This document shows, in pieces, positions 58,850-64,000 of a stretch of 64,000 nucleotides of DNA. Location of the stretch: the NCBI GenBank assembly GCA_951406725.2, contig OX597815.1, positions 99,324,001 through 99,388,000 of the forward strand, read 5' to 3'. Made by a program: the position numbers and the translations under genes. Within the stretch, counting starts at the first letter, position 1. Every line of letters starts with the position of its first letter. Below the pieces are notes generated by a model, which was given only the letters and a program-made list of their open reading frames with translations, had not been told where the DNA came from and did not search any database. This stretch comes from Octopus vulgaris. Taxonomy: Eukaryota.

Positions 58850-59230
58850 GACTTGTTTCAATCATTACACTGTAGCAATTATGAGGACTCCCGACTTGAA
58901 AAATTTGATGTGAAAGAATCGACTCTAGTACCTAATTCTTCAGCCTGCTACTTGTTGCACTGGTGTCTTCTGTTGAACCGATGAAATGATAAGTTACGTA
59001 GACGCAAACCTACCAACACCGGTTGTAAAAAGGTGATGGGTAACAAACACAAACACACATACACACATGTGTGTGTGTAAGTGTATATGTGTGTACACCC
59101 TTCTCCCAAATCCACTCGCTAGTGTTTGGTCGACCCGACGCTATAGGAGAAGGCACATGAGTAAGGTGCCACGTACGGAATCATGAGGTTGGCGAACAAT
59201 CTTCTTGCTACACAAATACACTTTCCTCTG
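58850..59230 (-). mobile_element. SINE family A, degenerate copy
   Basis: acttgtttcaatcattacactgtagc...caccggttgt...ccaaatccactcgc...aaggtgccacg. Confidence 0.55.
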
Positions 59231-59738
59231 TACATAGACACACACACATATATATATGCACACACACATACAGATACATACACACACATATATATTCATA
59301 CATATATATACACACATATACACAGACGTATATATGCATAGATATATATATATATATACACACACACACATTCATATATATGCACACACACTCACGCACA
59401 CATATGTATGTATAAACACATACATATACTTAGGTTTTTTATAAGTTATAACTATCATATTTTAAATATACATCAGCAAAACGAACACACTTGTCCACGT
59501 ACAGGTATATAAAATGAAACATATTCAAAGTTTTACAAGCAAGGTTATATACCCACGCATATAAAATTATTATCCAAGCCCATCTAATATTCAACATAGC
59601 ATCTATGTCAATATTAGGATATTAGGTAGGTTTTTCTCGTTCTTTCATCTTTGGTTGTGCGTATGTGTGTTAGAATCGTAGAGGTAATCAGAAGGATAGA
59701 TACAAAGGAAGACAAATATATGTGCATATATACGTCTA

Positions 59739-59795
<57 letters not shown>

Positions 59796-59821
59796 TATAT
59801 GCATATGTATGTGTGTGTGTG

Positions 59822-59914
<93 letters not shown>

Positions 59915-59944
59915 TTATATCTTCTTTCTTTCTTTTTATGTGTT

Positions 59945-60285
59945 GCTTGTTTCAGTCAGTGGACTGCAGCCATGCTGGGGCACCGATCTGAAAAGATTTT
60001 AGTCGAATGACTCGAATCCTGGAGAATAATTTTTTTAAAAACATGTTACTTATTGCATCGTCCGTTTTACCGAACTGCTATATTATAGTGATGAAAACGA
60101 ACCAACACCGATTATCAAGCGGAGGAGGAGGATAAGCACAAAGGAGGAGAATAAAAAGACACACACACACACACACAAACATAAATATAGAGGGACACTT
60201 GCTTAAGATTTCATGCAGTGAGACTGAACCAGCAACCATATGGTTCGGAAGCCAACTTCTTACTACACAGCCAGAGCAACTCCTA
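59945..60285 (-). mobile_element. SINE family A, deleted/degenerate copy
   Basis: cttgtttcagtcagtggactgcagccatgctggggcaccg...gactgaaccagcaaccatatggtt...tactacacagcca. Confidence 0.7.
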
Positions 60286-60512
60286 TATGTTCATAGATAC
60301 ATACACACATACATATATAAAAATATGTGTATCTGTCTGTCTCTCTCTCCTCCTCCTCTTTCTCTCTCTCGCTCTACACACACACACACACACACAGACA
60401 CATATATATATACATATCTATATATATACATATAGGCCACATTTGTATGTGCATATATATGTATAAATGTATACGCATATATATATATATATATATATAC
60501 ATACAAATATTT

Positions 60513-60556
<44 letters not shown>

Positions 60557-60889
60557 CACATATAATATACATATTTATATAAATACATACACATATATAC
60601 ATGCATATTTAAACATATATAAATATATATATACACACAAATATATATATATATGTGTGTGTGGGGGGGGGTATCTGAATATATCCATGTAGATGCATGC
60701 TTGTATATATATTCATATGAATATTACACTCATGCATACGCAAATAAACATATATATATGTACAATCTTCAGCACACTTATATTTTTGCAAGTATGTGTC
60801 TTTCTCTATGAGTGTGTGGGTCGTGCGTGTGTGCACGCGCGCGTAAATGCATGACCGCTTATACTTACATACACGTCACTCACTCTCTC

Positions 60890-60926
<37 letters not shown>

Positions 60927-61625
60927 ACATGCACAAACACGCAAACGCATAAATGTATGTATATGTATTCGCTTAATTTGCGAGCAATAGTAGCCCCTTA
61001 ATACAATCTCCCTTAAATTACACTCTATTGTTCCGTAAATAAAGAAAAATGACAGATTGCAACATATAGCCCTAGATAAGTGAAAAATCGATAGAATGGT
61101 CACGGTTAGAATGAGTTGGATAATAAACCTAGTCGACCTAAGCTACAATGCAACTTAACAATGACAACATACACACGTACGCAAGAACAAGCGTACCCTT
61201 GTATACGAACTCCATGAGGCTCACTTACAACTCACTCCATGCGGCTCACTTATAAAAAAAAAGCATCCGAATCTCAGAAAACACAAAACTTTATGAGTAA
61301 AGTACAACGCGTTCTGTCGAGCGGGTAGAAATGGCAGCTAAATCTCCTCTCGAATCATAACCGGTCTCCCCCTGAAGGAAATACTACATTCAACTGTATG
61401 GTCGTAAATGTTCTAATACATGTGACTGTTTTTTTATCATGTTTTTGATCAAGTTTTTGCTATGATAACACTACTAACATAACATATACATATAAACATT
61501 CTTAGTATACTCAGTATGTGTGTGTATTTGTATGTAAGCGTGTGTGTGTGTCGCCCTCGTTCTCTGTGTATGTATGTATGTGTATATACACATACACACA
61601 CACAAACACACACACACACACACAT

Positions 61626-61658
<33 letters not shown>

Positions 61659-61783
61659 CACACACATACACATGTACAGATAAATAAATAATGCATACAT
61701 TCATATAAACGTGTTAATAAACACATACATACACACACATACATACACACACACACACGCCCACACATATATTGCCCCAGTTG

Positions 61784-61832
61784 AACGGCGGTGACCCACT
61801 GTGGCTGCAGCTCTCGATCTAAAACTATTAAG
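61784..61832 (+). mobile_element. Very short degenerate LINE 3' tail
   Basis: aacggcggtgacccactgtggctgcagctctcgatctaaaac resembles 44821..44863. Confidence 0.45.
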
Positions 61833-61889
61833 ATATATATGTGTGTGTGTGTGTGTTTGTGTATGTGTGTGTGTATGTGTGTGCGTGTA

Positions 61890-61920
<31 letters not shown>

Positions 61921-61921
<1 letters not shown>

Positions 61922-62066
61922 ATACAAAATGGGACAAGAACGCAAAACATCCGGACAGCTAGGTGATACAAAAAGGGACAACAAAACATCCAGATAGACG
62001 ATAAGTTGTCGCATTTTGTATCATCTAGTTGTCCGGATGCTTTGCGTTCTTATCCCATTTTGTATT
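61921..62066. repeat. 62-bp inverted repeat with 22-bp spacer, embedded in (TA)n
   Basis: aatacaaaatgggacaagaacgcaaaacatccggacagctaggtgatacaaaaagggacaac versus reverse complement aatacaaaatgggataagaacgcaaagcatccggacaactagatgatacaaaatgcgacaac. Confidence 0.9.
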
Positions 62067-62075
62067 TTATATGTA

Positions 62076-62118
<43 letters not shown>

Positions 62119-63120
62119 CGGCGTACATACACTTTGTTCTCTTATACGTAAGAACACATTATATACATATATATATAAGCATGCACATACTCATATACAA
62201 ATATATATATATATAAATATGTGCGTATATATATATATTTATATATACGTGTTTGTGTTTTGTGTGTACGTGTGCGCGTGGATGTGTATGTGTGTATGTG
62301 CGCGAGCACGTATGTGGTGAGGTTTGCTTGGGGGCATAAAACTCTTAGCATTAAAATATAGAGTTGTCTGATTTTACATATTTAATTACTCTCCTTAACA
62401 TTAGTTGGTTAACCAAGTTTATTTGTGCATACATGCATGTCAATGTGTGTGTGTGTGTGTGTGTGTGCGTGTGCGTGTTTGCACACACACGCACACATTG
62501 CCTCACACAGAGACACAGGTATATAAGAACACACACATGTGTACAATTTCACGCATATGCGTGAAATACAGCGCAAACACACATACAAACATTCATACAC
62601 GCTCAAAGAGGTATCCACATTAAAATATTCTGTCACCCAAATATAATCACACATTCCCACCTCTCTCTCTCTTTCTTTCTCTGTCTCTCTCACTATTTCT
62701 CTCGCTCCCTCGCTTTCCCTCCTCTCTCTCTCTCTCTGTCTTCCACACACGCATAAACACGCGTATGCACACACACACGCAACACACGCACATACACACG
62801 CACATGCACACACACACATACACAAATGAACAGAAATCAAGGTGATGATGTCAACCAAGATTTTACCCCTGTTTGTTGTTACATCACTAACAATCACTAT
62901 CTTCGTCACCATCAACATCCCCCATCACTATCATCAATATCACCATCATCATTGTCGTCCTCCTCCTCCTCGTTATCATTATCCTCATTGTCATCACAAT
63001 TATCATCCATGTGCATCAGGAAATATAGTTATATAACTTGCAAAATCTATTAAATCTCTATAAAGACGCTTGTACTATCACGGCCAGTTTAACAATATTG
63101 CATTCTCAATCCATCCAATT

Positions 63121-63435
63121 GTGGAGGCGCCATGGCCCAGCGGTTAGGGCAGCGGACTCGAGGTCGGAGGATCGCGATTTCGATTCCCAGACCGGGTGTT
63201 ATGTGTGTTTATTGAGCGGAAACACCTAAAAGCTCCACGAGGCTCAAGCAGGGGGTGGTGGTGACCCCTGTTGTACTCTTTCGCCGAACTTTCTCCCACT
63301 CTTTCTTCCTGTTTCTTGAGTAACGCTGCGATGGACTGGCGTCCCGTCCAGCTAGTGGGGAACACATACGCCACAGAAACCGGGAAACCGGGCCCATGAG
63401 CCTAGCTAGGCTTGAAAAAGGCGCATAAATAAAAA
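63121..63435 (+). mobile_element. SINE family C (tRNA-derived), tail type 2
   Basis: gtggaggcgccatggcccagcggttaggg (A box), ttcgattccc (B box), same body as the 43117 copy, then ctgcgatggactggcgtcccgtccag...cagaaaccggg and an A-rich end. Confidence 0.82.
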
Positions 63436-63679
63436 TTAATGCATCTAATTATTAATTTTTCTTTTGTTCTACATTGATTGAATATTTTTCATTTTATTCG
63501 AATATTTTACTTGTCGCTTTCTGTACATTCACGCTATTACACAGCCGCATTCAGTGAAAAAACTTTTGAGATCTGAAATTATACTAATCCAACTTTATAT
63601 TTGTACACAAACGCCCACAGAGACACACACACACACATACATAATGTTTGTTTTTATATATACTTATAATCATATATTA

Positions 63680-64000
63680 TTTTGGCATGAGGTCAACAGA
63701 TTTGAAGGGTCGCGAAGTTGATTATATCAACCTAGTACCCAACTGGTAATTATATTTCGACCGCGAAAAGATGAATGTCAAAGGCGTGGTGTGCTGCACT
63801 TGAACTCAGAAGGTAAATTTTGGGAGAAATGCTCCTAAGCATTTGGTGAGCTAACGTTTCTTATTTCTTTATTGCCCACAAGGGGCTAAACATAGAGGGG
63901 ACAAACAAGGACAGACAAAGGGATTCAGTCGATTACATCGACCCCAGTGCGTAACTGGTACTTAATTTATCGACCCCGAAAGGATGAAAGGCAAAGTCGA
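63680..64000 (-). mobile_element. Two SINE family B copies; the second (~63858..64000) is well preserved and runs off the window
   Basis: gtcgattacatcgaccccagtgcgtaactggtacttaatttatcgaccccgaaaggatgaaaggcaaagtcga. Confidence 0.85.

Overview
This is AT-rich eukaryotic (animal) DNA dominated by microsatellites: (TA)n, (CA)n, (GATA)n, (TATG)n, (ATT)n and (GAT)n. The SINE families and repeat load look like an octopus/coleoid cephalopod genome (inference). Only one host gene is supportable: a single uninterrupted ORF for a FoxQ2-family forkhead transcription factor (23684..25087, minus, 467 aa) with a C-terminal EH1-like motif. Nearly all other ORFs in the track are microsatellite artefacts. The rest is transposon debris: a young 5'-truncated CR1-like LINE with four older fragments, a Dong/R4-like RT remnant, a decayed Tc1/mariner (maT-like) transposase, a non-autonomous Helitron nested in a SINE, a Penelope-like remnant, three tRNA-derived SINE families, fold-back/MITE elements and a tRNA-Asp pseudogene. 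The most interesting signals are: (1) about seven dispersed, degenerate minimal hammerhead-ribozyme motifs in different repeat contexts, one downstream of a Pol III A/B-box head; (2) a LINE-SINE pair sharing a 3' double hairpin that shows covariation; (3) SINEs with swapped tails; (4) a pre-miRNA-like hairpin. All alignments were done by eye and repeat boundaries are approximate.
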